From positions 1,674,001 through 1,738,000 of the forward strand of contig NC_043019.1 of the NCBI RefSeq assembly GCF_006345805.1: 64,000 bases of DNA, in the 5' to 3' direction. Made by a program: the position numbers and the translations under genes. This document shows, piece by piece, positions 1-12,610 of the stretch. Each line of letters opens with the position of its first letter. The stretch's first letter is position 1. The stretch is from Octopus sinensis. Lineage: Eukaryota. The notes under the pieces were generated by a model that was not told the origin of the DNA, made no database searches, and saw only the letters and a list, made by a program, of their open reading frames with translations.

Positions 1-246
1 ACCATCGGCAAAAGCAAAAACGCATTTAGAAAAGCTAGTCATAGATTTGTCAGCTTCGATTTCCACTAAGTATCAGGACTACATTTTATATCATTTTTAC
101 ATATGTATGTGTATATATGAGTATGAATAAGATCGTTATTACTATAGGTTTCTGATTTATGTGTGTATGCATGCATAAATGTGTTTCTATGCATATATTC
201 ATATACATGTGTGTGTGTGTATTTAAGTATATTTCAATGTGTGTGT

Positions 247-452
247 ACTCTCTTTACTTGTTTCAGTCATTTGACTGTGGCCATGCTGGAGCACCACCTT
301 TAGTCGAGCAAATCGACCCCAGGACTTATTCTTTGTAAGCCTAGTACTTATTCTAACGATCTCTTTTTGCCGAACCTCTGCGCTACGGGGACGTAAACAC
401 ACCAACATCGGTTGTCATGCGATGTTGGGGGGGACAAAACCAGAGGCACAAA

Positions 453-499
<47 letters not shown>

Positions 500-662
500 C
501 GACGGGCTTCTTTCAGTTTCCGGCTACCAAATCCACTCACAAGGCTTTGGTCGGCCTGAGGCTATGGTAGAAGACACTTGCCCAAGGTGCCACGCAGCGG
601 GACTGAACCTGGAACCATGTGGTTAGTAAGCAAACTACTTACCACACAGCCACTCCGACGCC
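247..662 (-). mobile_element. tRNA-derived SINE, family A (internal (TA)/(CA) microsatellite)
   Basis: Reverse complement of the 2505-2900 copy: A/B-box-like head TGGCTGTGTGG...GGTTCAGTCCC and tail ...CCAGCATGGCCACAGTCAAATGACTGAAACAAGTAAA. Confidence 0.9.
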
Positions 663-677
663 TATGGATTTTTCAAA

Positions 678-1251
678 AATTGGTTCTCAACCGGGGTCGA
701 CATTGTTCTTGGAGTTCCATTTAAAATTGTGCTGTTAAAATTTATCTGCAATCATTGGCTAGACTTCTATAATAATCTACATATGTTAACACATATTTTA
801 CACAAATCATAATAATATCTGTTTCTGTATTGCCCACAGGGAGGCGAAACATAGAGGATACAAACAAGGACAGACAAATGGCAGACGAAATACCTATTTC
901 TTTACTAGCCACAAGGGGCTAAACACAGAGAGGACAAACAAGGACAGACAAACGGATTAAGTTGATCATATCGACACCAGTGCGTAACTGGTACTTACTT
1001 AATCGACCCTGAAAGGATTAAAGACAAAGTCGATCTCGATGGAATTTTATCTCAGAACGTAGTGGCACACGAAATACCGCTAAGAATTTCGCCCTGAGTG
1101 CTAATGATTCTGACAGCTAGCTGCCCTAATTCCTAATAGTATTTAATTATGGAAATATAATGGGACTTTTTTAAACCTTAAAATGGCTGTTGGGGACCAT
1201 CCGATTGAAATAAAGGGTTCAACAGAACAAAGAAATGGTTCAGAATCTCTG
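678..1251. mobile_element. hAT/Charlie-like MITE remnant interrupted by a family B SINE
   Basis: Ends TGGTTCTCAACC (left) and GGTTCAGAATCTCTG (right) are degenerate inverted repeats resembling CAGTGGTTCTCAA Charlie/MER5-type TIRs. Confidence 0.55.
825..1127 (-). mobile_element. SINE family B (Nin/Deu-domain-like), with partial second unit
   Basis: Matches the 8566-8797 copy, including a diverged TTGCCTTTCATCCTTTCGGGGTCGAT..AAGTACC-type domain. Confidence 0.85.
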
Positions 1252-1459
1252 ATCTAAATCTTTAGAAAATTTTCTTGTTCCAAGCGCAATAAGATACTCC
1301 TTAAAGCAGTCATTTCTACAATTCGAGCTACTTTGCAAGTATGCACTTACACAGACATTGCCTTCCATCAGGTTTATGTTAATCTGTTTTTCGTTTTTTT
1401 TTCTTTATATCACAAATAATCTTTGACTTATGAAAATATATTTTTTTACATATCTCCGA

Positions 1460-1706
1460 ATGTATGGGTATGTAATTGCATATGCATATGCGTATTCATA
1501 CGTGTATATATATATATGTATATGTATGTATATATCTGTATGTATGTATGTATATATATATATATATATCTCTCTATATATATATATATATATGTGTATA
1601 TATATGTATGTATATATACATATATGTATATATGTATATATATATATATATGTATATATATGTATATATATATATATACATATATGTATATATATGAATG
1701 TATATA

Positions 1707-1750
<44 letters not shown>

Positions 1751-1835
1751 GATACATGTACATATGTATTTTGTTTTATATATCTAATATACACACACAT
1801 ACACACCCTCACACGCACGCACACACTCACACATA
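1460..1835. repeat. Compound (TA)n/(TATG)n/(CA)n microsatellite
   Basis: Direct reading. Confidence 0.95.
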
Positions 1836-2504
1836 TAATGTCATACATTTTAATTAGTTCGCCACTGTCTCAGAAGCAACAAAGGCAATCCAACATATAT
1901 TATAAAAGTTTATTTGTCGTGCCTGACAATTCCATATCATTAAATATATATCCTCAATGAAGATACAAAAATAAAAGAAATCAATCAGAGAAGAATAATA
2001 CGTGCATTAGATATATAATAATGGAATCTGTTACACGCTTCGGGTATCATTTCTGACTAGCATTAAAAAAGAAACAATTCATGCGGTAATATACAGAAAA
2101 ATAATTGTTACTGTCACGAACTGCTTTCCAAAAATTTCTTTTCATTTCGACTGAAGACAATTATCTTATATGCGTAAGTGTTTGAAACCTTATGGCTCTT
2201 CCAGTGTCAAATATTTACGTGGAGTTATTCAAACCTGTAATTATTGACAAGTAATTATTTTTTTCCCTGCAGAAGAATGATACCTTTCTAAAGTATTAGG
2301 CTTTGCATCTGATCGTGCAAGATATTTGTCTAATGTTCTGTATTTATTTATCCAGTTATTGTTATTTCGGAGCAACAACCTTAATATCTACGTTCTAGTT
2401 AATAGCGCCATTCGGTTCTCGGGTGAACATAACGGAGCCCTTAACGCTGTAAGCATTCAGACCATACCTCCTGTCTGCAAAAAAAAATTCCTCAATCATA
2501 AACA

Positions 2505-2900
2505 GGCGCAGGAATGGCTGTGTGGTAAGTAGCTTGCTAACCAACCACATAGTTCCGGGTTCAGTCCCACTGCGTGGCATCTTGGGCAAGTGTCTTCTGC
2601 TATGGCCCCGGGCCGACCAATGCCTTGTGAGTGGATTTGGTAGACGGAAACTGAAAGAAGCCTGTCGTATATATATATGTATGTATGTGTGTGTTTGTGT
2701 GTCTGTGTTTGTCCCCCTAGCATTGCTTGACAACCGATGCTGGTGTGTTTACGTCCCCGTTACTTAGCGGTTCGGCAAAAGAGACCGATAGAATAAGTAC
2801 TGGACTTACAAAGAATAAGTCCCGGGGTCGATTTGCTCGACTAAAGGTGGTGCTCCAGCATGGCCGCAGTCAAATGACTGAAACAAGTAAAAGAGTAAAG
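2505..2900 (+). mobile_element. tRNA-derived SINE family A, full length
   Basis: GGCGCAGGAATGGCTGTGTGGTAAG head, B-box GGTTCAGTCCC, CORE-like CTTGGGCAAGTGTCTTCT, internal TA/TG tract, tail AAACAAGTAAAAGAGTAAAG. About ten copies in the window. Confidence 0.9.
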
Positions 2901-3077
2901 AGAGAGAGATATCTCGGAGTAAGTCATAGATCCTAACTAGCGAACACATATAGAATTCTAGTTATTGCTAGAGTGTCAGAGAGAAAACGAAGGATAGAGA
3001 GAGATATAGGTGTGCACCAAAACCACATTAAAATATTTATTATTGTTATTTTATTTTTTTCATTAAAAAATATTGCA

Positions 3078-3140
3078 ACATATATATATATATATATAGT
3101 GTATACACATACATACACATATCTAAGATATAATTATATA

Positions 3141-3203
<63 letters not shown>

Positions 3204-3356
3204 GCACACACAGACACACACACACTCACACCCATTTATTTATACATCTGTTCGTACATATATTTGTCTGTCTGTGAGTGTAGACACGTGTGTGTACACA
3301 CACGCACACATACACTTACACACACACATATAAATATATATGTATGTATATATATG

Positions 3357-3405
<49 letters not shown>

Positions 3406-3465
3406 TATATATATTATATATATATATATATTATATATATATATATAATATATATATATATATCT
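3078..3465. repeat. (TA)n/(CA)n microsatellite block
   Basis: Direct reading. Confidence 0.95.
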
Positions 3466-3904
3466 GTGTGGGTTGATTTCTAAAAATGACGAATGATTGC
3501 TGATCCAAATACACCAATTATTACAATTTCAAAAGAATTAGCTTTTGATTTTTGAAGGAATAAATTAGAGATGAAACGATACAGCTACTGCTATAAATAT
3601 TGAAGTGATTTCTCAGAATTAGACGCGCAGTTCTCTGAATTCCAACCACCAACCCAACATATACTGAAACCAGTGAAACAATATTTTCTTCCACTGTCTT
3701 TTGATACTTTTCATTGAAGTGTAATCAAAGGAATTCAGTATAAAAAGCTGCTGACTATAAGATATATCAATAGTCTTTCTTTTGATCCACCCAACTACAT
3801 TCAATGATACAATGTATTTAGTTATTTTTTTTAGCTAGGAAGGCTTTAGTCGAATGCATTGCTTGCATTATTTGATTGGCTACTTTATTTTATAAGCATT
3901 CTGT

Positions 3905-4133
3905 TTCTTTATTACTCACAAGGGGCTAAACACAGAGGGAACAAACAAGGACAGACAAACTGATTAAGTCGATTAGATCGACCCCAATGCGTAACTGGTA
4001 CTTAAATTATCGACCCCGAAAGAATGAAAGGCAAAATCGACCTCGGCAGAACTTGAACTCAGAACGTAGCGGCAGACGAAATACGGCTACGCATTTCGCC
4101 CGGCGTGCTAACGTTTCTGCCAGCTCACCGCCT
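3905..4133 (-). mobile_element. SINE family B, full length
   Basis: Reverse complement of the GGCGGTGAGCTGGCAGAAACGTTAGC...GTAATAAAGAAA consensus. Confidence 0.9.
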
Positions 4134-4224
4134 CAACGAGATATGAAAATTGGTGGAAAAAATAGAGCAAAATCCTGTATCCAGACTATCTAAACCTTTT
4201 GCGCAAGCATTTCCCTACTACATT

Positions 4225-5435
4225 ATGGTTTCAAACTTTTACAAACGCCCAGAAATTTCAGGTTGGGTTTAAGTTAATTCCATTGGACCCTAGTGCTCCA
4301 CTAGTTCTTAACTTATTGACTCCGGAGGAATGTAAGTCAAAATCATTGTCGGTGGAATTTGAACTCAGAACTTAAAGACGGATGAAATGCCGATTAGCAT
4401 TTTTCCGGGCTTGCTAATGACGCTACCAACACGACGCTCTATTTCCTGAGGTAATAATAAAAATATTGTCGGTAAATATGTCATTATATCCAACAAATAT
4501 TGTTTGTAATGATTATCGTTTCTATTATTGGCATCAGGCCTGATGTTATGTGGGAAACGGGCTAGTCGAATACATCGACAACAGAACTCAACTGATTCTC
4601 ATTCTATCCACCTCGAAAGAATGAAATTCGACGTCGACGCCGTTGGGATTTGAACTCAGAACGTGATGATGCACGAAATGCCTATTTCTGTTTCTTTACT
4701 AGCCACGAGAGGCTAAACAGAGAGAGGACAAATAAGGACAGACAAACGGATTAAGTCGATCATTTCGACCCCAGTGCGTAACTGGTACTTATTTAATCGA
4801 CCCCGCAAGGATGAAAGGCAAAGTCGACCTCGGCGGAATTTGAACTCAGAACGTAACGGCAGACGAAATACCTATTTCTTTACTACCCACAAGGGGCTAA
4901 ACAGAGAGTGGACAAACAAGGACAGACAAATGGATGAAGTCGATTATTTCGACCCGAGTGCGTAACTGGTACTTATTTAATCGACCCCGCAAGGATGAAA
5001 GGCAAAGTCGATCTCGGTGGAATTTGAACTCAGAATGTAGCGGCAGACGAAATACTTATTTCTTTACTACCCACAAGGGGCTATACACACAGAGGACAAA
5101 CAAGGACAGACAAAGGGATTAAGTCGATTATATCGACCTCAGTGCGTAACTGCTACTTATTTAATCGACTCCGAACGGATGAAAGGCAAAGTCGACCTCG
5201 GCGGAATTTAAACTCAGAACGTAGCAGTAGACGAAATACCGTCACGCATTTTCTCAGGGGTGCAAACGATTCTGGCAGCTCGCCGTTTTAGTAATAATCT
5301 TTTCTACTAAAGACACAAGGCCTGACGTTTTGGGGGAGAGGCTAGTCGATTATATTGACGGCAGTGCGTAAATATTACTTTTTTTGTCGACTCCGGAATG
5401 ATGAAAGGCAAAGTCGTTCTCAGCAGAATCTGAAT
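4225..5435 (-). mobile_element. Cluster of family B SINEs, including a head-to-tail trimer (about 4682-5288)
   Basis: Repeated GGATGAAAGGCAAAGTCGACCTCGGCGGAATTTGAACTCAGAACG units; older diverged copies on both flanks. Confidence 0.9.
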
Positions 5436-5751
5436 TAGTCACCTTTACGAAAGAGAAATTTCTAGAAACAAATGTTAATCTAATAAATAGAATGAATTTT
5501 AATTAATCAAAATTGCAAACGGTAGAATAAATTATTCACATAGCAGTAGCACTATATTTTTTTCGACAGCCCTAAATAACTAAATATTCTCAATGAATGG
5601 AAATTATAACTGAATTGTGAATGTGCAGGTGTAAACAAAATCCTGGAAGCTTAGAGGCATGTGCGCATGTCAATGTGTGTAAGTGTGTGCATGTGTGTAA
5701 GCGTGTATATGTGTGTAAGTATGTGTTTGTGTGCATAGACGTTTATTTGTA

Positions 5752-6133
5752 TACTCTTTTACTCTTTTACTTGTTTCAGTCATTTGACTGCAGCCATGCT
5801 GGAGCACCGCCTTTAATCGAGCAACTCGACCCCGGGACTTATTTTCTTTTTAAGCCCAGTACTTATTCTATCGGTCTCTTTTGCCGAACCGCTAAGTGAC
5901 GGGAACATAAACACACCAGCATCGGTTGTCAAGCAATGCTAGGGGGACAAACACAAACATACACGCACACACACACATACATATATACAACGGGCTTCTT
6001 TCAGTTTCCCTCTACCAAATCCACTCACAAGGCATTGGTCGGTAGGCTATAGTAGAAGACACTTGGCCAAGGTGCCACGCAGTGGGACTGAACCCGGTAC
6101 CATGTGGTTGGTAAACAAGCTACTTACCACACA
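5752..6133 (-). mobile_element. SINE family A
   Basis: Near-identical to the reverse complement of 2505-2900. Confidence 0.9.
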
Positions 6134-6306
6134 TAATTACACATGTCGTGGATGTATGTATATACATACGAAATCCGTGTCGTAGTTTGGCTCCACATTA
6201 TCTTCTCATTTTATACCAATATCTACTTTATATTTCGTATTTTACTAAAACGATGACATACAACGCAATTTCATGTACGTTCATGTAATAATCTGAAGCC
6301 CCTTGA

Positions 6307-6664
6307 CCCTTCAGCATTTAAACCGGCCACGTCAGACTAGAATGTTCTACCTATTTTAGGTCCAGAGTTGTCTGATCCCACTTCTTACACCTACTCTACA
6401 ATGTCATTCTCAAAAATAAACAATTATATCATGGAAGTTACAAAGGGAGTGTTTGTCCAGGATAGGACTACACAGCAGGAAATGTATCAGGACATGAAAT
6501 ATAAAAGCCGGACTAGACTACTTCATGCGCAACTCCATTGTCTCCCGAGACAGAAAGGATGCCAATACAATACAATACAAAGTTACAAGATAATGCATGA
6601 TTAAGTTTAAGCACTGTAAATAAATATATATTACCTTTGACAGAGTTATCTGAATGCTAAAGGA
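6307..6664. mobile_element. piggyBac-type MITE carrying a short retroposed insert (about 6445-6580)
   Basis: TTGA|CCCTTCAGCATT ... AATGCTAAAGGA|TTAA gives TIRs with a TTAA-like TSD. The insert ends in (CAATA)3 and is flanked by an AAGTTACAA duplication. Confidence 0.7.
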
Positions 6665-6879
6665 TTAATAACTGTGCTCTGGCGCGGCTGCTGTCCAGTG
6701 ACTGAAACGTGCAATAGTATATTTCAAAAAATGCAAAGCATTATTAAGTTAGTATAAGAATTCTATAAGTGTATGAATGTTAACATAATATTGATAATAT
6801 ATTATTGATTTCTAGTATAGATATAATGCTACGTAGTTAGTAGTAGGTATCAGACTAATATATCGACCTCACAAACTAT

Positions 6880-7190
6880 AAACGTCGCACTTTTCTAGCC
6901 TAGCCAGGCTCATGGGCCCGGATTCCCGGTTTCTGTGGCGTATGTGTCCCCCCCCCCCCAGCTGGACGGGACGCCAGTCCATCGCAGCGTTACTCAAGAA
7001 ACAAGAAGAGAGAGTGAGAGACAGTTGTGGCGAAAGAGTACAACAGGGGTCACCCCCCTCCCGGAGCCTCGTGGAAGGTTTAGTTTGTTTTTGGCTCAAT
7101 AAACACACACAACGCACGGTCTAGGAATTGAAACCGCGAACTTCCGACCGCGATTTCCGCTGCCCTAACCACTGGGTCATTGCACCTCCA
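6880..7190 (-). mobile_element. tRNA-derived SINE family C with Meta-like tail
   Basis: Head GGAGGTGCAATGACCCAGTGGTTAGGGCAGCGG; body CTGCGATGGACTGGCGTCCCGTCCAG...GAAACCGGG. Confidence 0.85.
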
Positions 7191-8080
7191 TCGACCGTAC
7201 TACTCGACTGATACTCTGAATCTTGAGATGACAACAGACAGAGATTATTCTGGAACGATTTGAACCTAAAACCATGTAAACAAACACCAGAATATTCTTT
7301 GCTATATGTTCGACCGGTTCTGCAACTCCATAACCCAAATGACTAATATGTTAATAAATACTTTTATTGCTGTCGGAAGAAGTAAATAATTATTGCATAT
7401 TCTGAGCTAAGATATGTTTAGTATATAATATATTAGGCTATTTAAAGAGCAGTTTAGGACTGAGAGTAGAAAACATGAAAAGAAACAGCTGCAGCGTTGT
7501 GCAATGTCAGAGAAAGGTCGAAATTATAACCACGAGGAATACTCATATATCCACACAGCTATAAATCAACTGTAAACGTTTCGTGATATTTGATAAACCA
7601 TATAAAGATACTGAGTATATTAAATGATGGAGTGCATAGAAAAAAAATCTGTATTAAATCGATATTCAGCTCCAGACACCAATATTATGCATTTTGAATT
7701 AGAAATAATAGGCCATAAAAGGACGGAAAAAGTTATAGTTTGGAAATAATAGACGTAAAACGAATAACAATAGTAATTGATCATTTGCGAACAGATTCTT
7801 TACTTCGAATATATTCAATAAATGGGCAGCACGAGAGCTGTACGTGCTTGGTTGCCCGCTTAGAAATAGCGGCAAATCTCCTCAAATCGTACCCTAATAT
7901 CTTAAAAGAAAAGCAGTCACATTGGCTAATGACGTATTATATGTTCTATATTTGAAAAGCAGAAGAGAAAAAAGTTTAGTATGGTATCAGTTAGCCTGTT
8001 TTTGATCAGCACTACATTGCGCATCAAAAAAGATTGTTCATAAGAGCGGTGTAGTTCGCTTGAAGCGTTGTAAATTCAGA

Positions 8081-8330
8081 AGTAGAAAAAGAAAACGAAG
8101 ATAACGAAAGTTTCTAACATTGCAAGACGTTATACAACAACCTTTATATTTCAGGGGAAAAGGCCTCTCTTCAGAAGTAAGCAGTCCAAAAAAGGAAAAA
8201 GAATTAATATTAACTTTGTTCTTGGACTGCTTTCTTCTGAAGATAGGCCTTTGCGGCTGAAATGTAAAGGCTTTTGTAAATCTTTCAACATTGTTTGAAG
8301 TTTTCTTTACTTTCCTTGTCTTTTTCTACT
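8081..8330. repeat. Inverted repeat (about 110-bp arms) with a hammerhead-like motif in each arm
   Basis: 8081-8190 is the diverged reverse complement of 8221-8330. Plus arm: CTGAAGA TAGGCC TTTGC GGC TGAAA TG TA AAGG. Confidence 0.7.
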
Positions 8331-8391
8331 AATGGATTGTGTGTGAGACAAAGTGAGAGAGAGAGTGACAGAAAGAGAGCGAGGGAGTTAC

Positions 8392-8443
<52 letters not shown>

Positions 8444-8565
8444 GTAACACTGTTCCCGATGTGGTCTTAATGTTTCTATGAGTCGTCGTCGCAACGTCCT
8501 AGATATATAGAAGCAATAATTCATTAGGGTTTAATAATGTGTGTTTGTACAGTGGTATTGCCCCA

Positions 8566-8797
8566 AGGCGGCGCGCTGGCAGAAACTTTAGCACGCCGGG
8601 CGAAATGTGTAGCCGTATTTCGTCTGCCATTACATTCTGAGTTCAAATTCCGCCGAGGTCGACTTTGCCTTTCATTCTTACGGGGTCGATTAAATAAGTA
8701 CCAGTTACGCACTGAGGGTCGATATAATCGACTTAATCCATTTGTCTGTCCTTGTTTGTCCTCTCTGTGTTTAGCCCCTTGCGGGTAGTAAAGAAAT
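8566..8797 (+). mobile_element. SINE family B, full length with TSD
   Basis: GGCGGCGCGCTGGCAGAAAC...GTAGTAAAGAAAT, flanked by GGTATTGCCCCA / GGTATTGCTCCA. Confidence 0.92.
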
Positions 8798-9287
8798 GGG
8801 TATTGCTCCACATAGGTCTATCGATGTGACTAGCGGAAGCATTATCGAGAAGCATCATCCATCTTGAATATTGAATGCTCCTACGTATAGCAACAATACC
8901 GCACTCGTTATAAAGAAAACAGTTAGTCGTCGTTTGTCTAGGTTTTTTATACGTATTACTTGTCTTTAATTTTACTGTTTACTATACCTATAATAGCAGT
9001 ACCAGTTGACTTGGTTCAATTAAACTATAGTGGACCAAAGCAACAGCGGCTTCAACAATAACAACTTAAGCAACAACAACTACAAAACTCAAATATACGA
9101 ATGAAGCAGAAGATCTAAATCTGTCTCAGTAACTTATTAATAAAAAGCTAAAGGAAAACTAAATCTGAAATTTCTGTTATTTTTCCTTTGATTTCAGTTC
9201 ATCACACTTGAATACATTCTGAGGCTGCAGTTCTTGTGGTAGACGTCGTTACTTCTAATTTTGGTATTCTTCTAGCTGCAGCTTTTG

Positions 9288-9831
9288 TCTTCTTCTTCTT
9301 CTTCTTCTTCTTCTTCTTCTTCTTCTTCTTCTTCTTCTTCTTCTTCTTCTTCTTCCAATCAGGACTCACGCCACTAGCCACAAACAGTAATCTCTAATTC
9401 AAGCCTACTCAAAGCTAATAAGAATGCGTGTCGCAACTTGAAGATCCACTCACCTCACGCAATAGTCTTGCGGTTGCAAGGGCGCGAAAGCTACGTTGTT
9501 ATCCTCATTCAGTAAACGGTAGCTTTTAACGGGTGGAGAGCTGAACCATCCTGGGGTACAGATGATACGCAATCTAGACTAGGGTCTGAAAGTTTACCAC
9601 ACCATAGTGGGTTACACCATGGTTCTTTTGCTCTGTGGCAGGAGAAGGAAGACAGAGTGAGAGAAAGTTGTGGTGAAAGAATACAGCGGGGTTCACCATT
9701 AACCCTGCTGGAGGCTCGTGGAGCTTAGGTGTTTTTGCTCAATAAACACAAACAATGCCCGGTCTGGGAATCGAATCCGCGCTCTTACGACCGCGAGTCC
9801 GCTGCCCTAATTACTGGGCCATTGCTCCTCC
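9288..9831 (-). mobile_element. SINE family C head with a distinct tail ending in (GAA)n
   Basis: C head at about 9645-9831, unique body 9357-9645, (TTC)n at 9288-9355 on the plus strand. Confidence 0.65.
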
Positions 9832-9899
9832 ACTGTTGTTGTTGTTGCTGCTGTAACCTTCGTCGATGTCTATCTTTTGCTTTTTCTGATCTTGTTCCT

Positions 9900-10292
9900 A
9901 CCGCTGCTGCTGTTGTTGCTGCTGTTGCGATTGCTGTTGAGCGAACGGTCTTCGCAAGATGGGAGAAGTCCGAAAGGAGGTCCTTTGCTATTCGTAAGAC
10001 CCGCAGAAGAGAAAGCAGGTCAACCCCCGATACCGAAAGCATCGACGGATGGATGAATGCGCATCCAGGCTCAGCGGTTGCGTAGGAAGTAGGGGACAAG
10101 GAACAGGAAGAAAGAGTGAGAGAAGGTTGGGACGAAAGAGTACAACAGGGGTCACCACCATCCTCTGCCGGAGCCTCGCGGAGCTTTAGGTGTTTTTCGC
10201 TCAATAAACACACACAACGCCTGGTCTGGGAATCGAAACCGCGATCCTCCGACCGCGAATCCGCTGCCCTAACCGCTGGACCATTGCGCTTC
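9900..10292 (-). mobile_element. SINE family C with another distinct tail ending in (CAA/CAG)n
   Basis: C head at 10105-10292; structured body 9940-10105. Confidence 0.75.
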
Positions 10293-10744
10293 GACTTGTT
10301 GCTTCTGTTCTTGTTTCTGTTGCTACAGTTATAGACGATTGGTATAGCTCTTTTTGGGAGCTGGGTGTTAATTTTTATTGTAGCTTTCTCAACACTCTCG
10401 TTATGGTTGTTTAGCGTCTTGTCAGCTCTGATCTTGTCACAGCATAATCAATGTCTTTACAGCCACAACCAATCTCGATATTTGTTCGTCAGCGACTATT
10501 TTTCCACTGTCTTCTTTCTTTCAATGGCAGTGAAATGTGATTTGAGAGACAGCTTCCTTGCTAATCTTAGCAAATTGAGTTCCCGCGAACAGCTTGTCTC
10601 TTTGGTTCGTAATCGGAATAATTAAATGACACGATGGGAGCTAATATGATTTGCTAATGAGGTTCGTGATGTTGTTGGAATATTAGTTTTAATTCTGTGG
10701 GGGGTTCCTATTGCTAGTCTTCTGCTCAAGGGCATTCAGTTTGC

Positions 10745-11075
10745 AGTAGTAGTAGTAGAATTAGTAGTAGTAGTAGAAGTAGTAGTAGTAATAATAATAG
10801 TAGTAGCAGTAGTAGTAGTAGTTGAAGTAGTAGTAATATTAGTAGTAGTATGAGGAGGAGTATTAATAGTAGTAGTAGTTGTCGTAGCAGTAGCAGCAGT
10901 AGCAGCAGCAGCAGCAGTAGTAGTAGTAGTTGTAGTAGTAGTAGTAGTAGTAGTAGTAATAGAAGTAGTATTAGTAGTGGCAGCAGCAACAGCAGCAGCA
11001 GCAGTAGTAGTAGTAGAAGTAGTAGTAATAGTGGTAGTAATAGTGGTAGTAATAGTAGTAGTAGCAGCAGTAGTA

Positions 11076-11114
<39 letters not shown>

Positions 11115-11128
11115 ATGATGATGATGAG
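10745..11128. repeat. (TAG)n/(CAG)n trinucleotide array
   Basis: Direct reading. Confidence 0.95.
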
Positions 11129-11134
11129 ATGATG

Positions 11135-11325
11135 AAATTGAGATCGGTGCACTTGGCACCGTCTCAAATGGAGCAACACGCTGGCATCGAATGTTGCAAA
11201 TACCAAACAGATCAGGAAGTATTGAGTTGGCAGCCATACTTAGAGCAGCTGTGGAGTGGAGAATGAGAAGTAATATAGTAAACCAGGAGAATTTTAGTGA
11301 ATAAATAAATAAATAAATAAATAAA
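11135..11325 (+). pseudogene. 3' end of an R4/Dong-type RLE non-LTR retrotransposon
   Basis: Translation EIGALGTVSNGATRWHRMLQIPNRSGSIELAAIL resembles the RLE C-terminal PIVIGALGTV...LGTAHIL motif; followed by (TAAA)n. Confidence 0.7.
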
Positions 11326-11725
11326 TATCATCATTGAGGTTTTGATTCAGATTCGTTCTTGTTCCTGGTAGAATTTTTGTAAGTAGCGGGTTATTAGCCG
11401 TAACCTCAGATATCCACAAGCATTCAGCAGGCATTCAAGACTAGCCTGATAATCATTCCTGTCAATAATAGACAAACTTATTGTAGGAGTTCTACAGGAC
11501 ATTCTATTCCAAGCTCCTTCAACCATTTCTCAATAACTGTACTTACAGTTCCCAATGCACCAATTGTCACAGGCACAATCTTTACAGTTTTCATACTCCA
11601 AATATTTGAAATTTCAACTTTTGAGGGATTGTATATTTTTTACTGTTCATCCTCTTTCTTTTCCATCCTGGAATAAGACGGACATGATGGATTAATTAAT
11701 AAGCAACGTCTAATTTCCTAGTCGA
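11326..11725 (-). pseudogene. RLE endonuclease C-terminus and 3' UTR of an R4/Dong-type LINE
   Basis: RCLLINPSCPSYSRMEKKEDEQ*KIYNPSKVEISNIWSMKTVKIVPVTIGALGTVSTVIEKWLKELGIECPVELLQ*VCL, with in-frame stops. Confidence 0.85.
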
Positions 11726-11817
11726 TTATTATTGTTGTTGTTGTTGTTGTTGTTCTTCTTCTTCTTCTTCTTCTTCTTCTTCTTCTTCTTCTTCTTTTCT
11801 TCCTCTTCTTCTTATAA

Positions 11818-11876
<59 letters not shown>

Positions 11877-11880
11877 GTTA
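11725..11880. repeat. (TTG)n(TTC)n(TTA)n compound microsatellite
   Basis: Direct reading. Confidence 0.95.
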
Positions 11881-11882
11881 TT

Positions 11883-12310
11883 TTTGAGTGAGAGAGTAGT
11901 GCATGTCGTCAAAGTGACACTAGGATAAAATATAGAAAGCCCAGTATACTCATCATTACTACCCGTCGGGTAAGGGTACACTAGGCACATGCACTAGGCA
12001 CATGCATCAAAACCATATGTGCGCAACATTGACATCCCATATCAAGATAAACAGCGCATGACCTTGTAGGTGATGCACAGTTAGAATTTTATTCGGGTCG
12101 AGTAGCCCATCCCACAGAAAAGGTCCCTGAATAATGATTGCTTAAGGATGTTGAATGATGCACCCATGTTTCCAGAGGCGAATTATTCAAACCCCAAAGA
12201 ATTCCTCTCAACACATGGTTATGTTGCTACCCCACTATTTCTGCTTGTGATCAGAGACGCACATATCGTCAACTACTAAGAGACATACTCAACTGGTTAT
12301 GGTCAAACAA
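11883..12310 (-). mobile_element. Unclassified repeat ending in (TAA)n, probably a retroelement 3' UTR
   Basis: TTGAGTGAGAGAG...GGCACATGCATCA..ACC..ATGTGCGC also occurs at 52499-52640, in both cases abutting (TTA)n. Confidence 0.6.
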
Positions 12311-12311
12311 C

Positions 12312-12610
12312 GGACCGTTCTGAAGAAAGTTAGCCTGGTAGAATTTGGTAAGCACTCTTTGATCTTGTGTCGCTAATATGAAACCTCTAGTCTCTGCGAT
12401 CAGTCCTTAGCTTCTAGGCCACTGGTAAGTTGTTTCTTGGTTAAACATCAGCATTCCAGCCTCGAAGAATATAATGCCCTTCCAGAGGCTTCTGGCTCCA
12501 GACCTTCTAAATTTTTTTCTGTCTGTTGTGTTTTGCAGTCTGTTTGATCTGTTTTGTTTGTCTGGCGGCAGTGGTTTTAGGTTCTTTATCTAATTCAGGG
12601 TTAATTTCTG
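12312..12610 (-). pseudogene. R4/Dong-type LINE fragment (between RT and zinc knuckle)
   Basis: KVWSQKPLEGHY...(frameshift)...TYQWPRS*GLIAETRGFILATQDQRVLTKFYQANFLQNG matches the W..KPLHG..Y / WL..GLK.ETEGFI.AAQDQ motif. Confidence 0.8.

Noticed and set aside
2145-2215. CTGAAGA...GAAA hammerhead-like spacing
   Set aside because: Stems II and III do not pair convincingly.
3987-5122. Recurrent MRNWYL...RPRKDERQSRPRRNLNSER peptides
   Set aside because: Antisense translation of SINE family B, not a gene family.
10726-11130. Poly-S/T/L/Y ORFs
   Set aside because: Trinucleotide repeat open in several frames; only the 3' flank has LINE homology.
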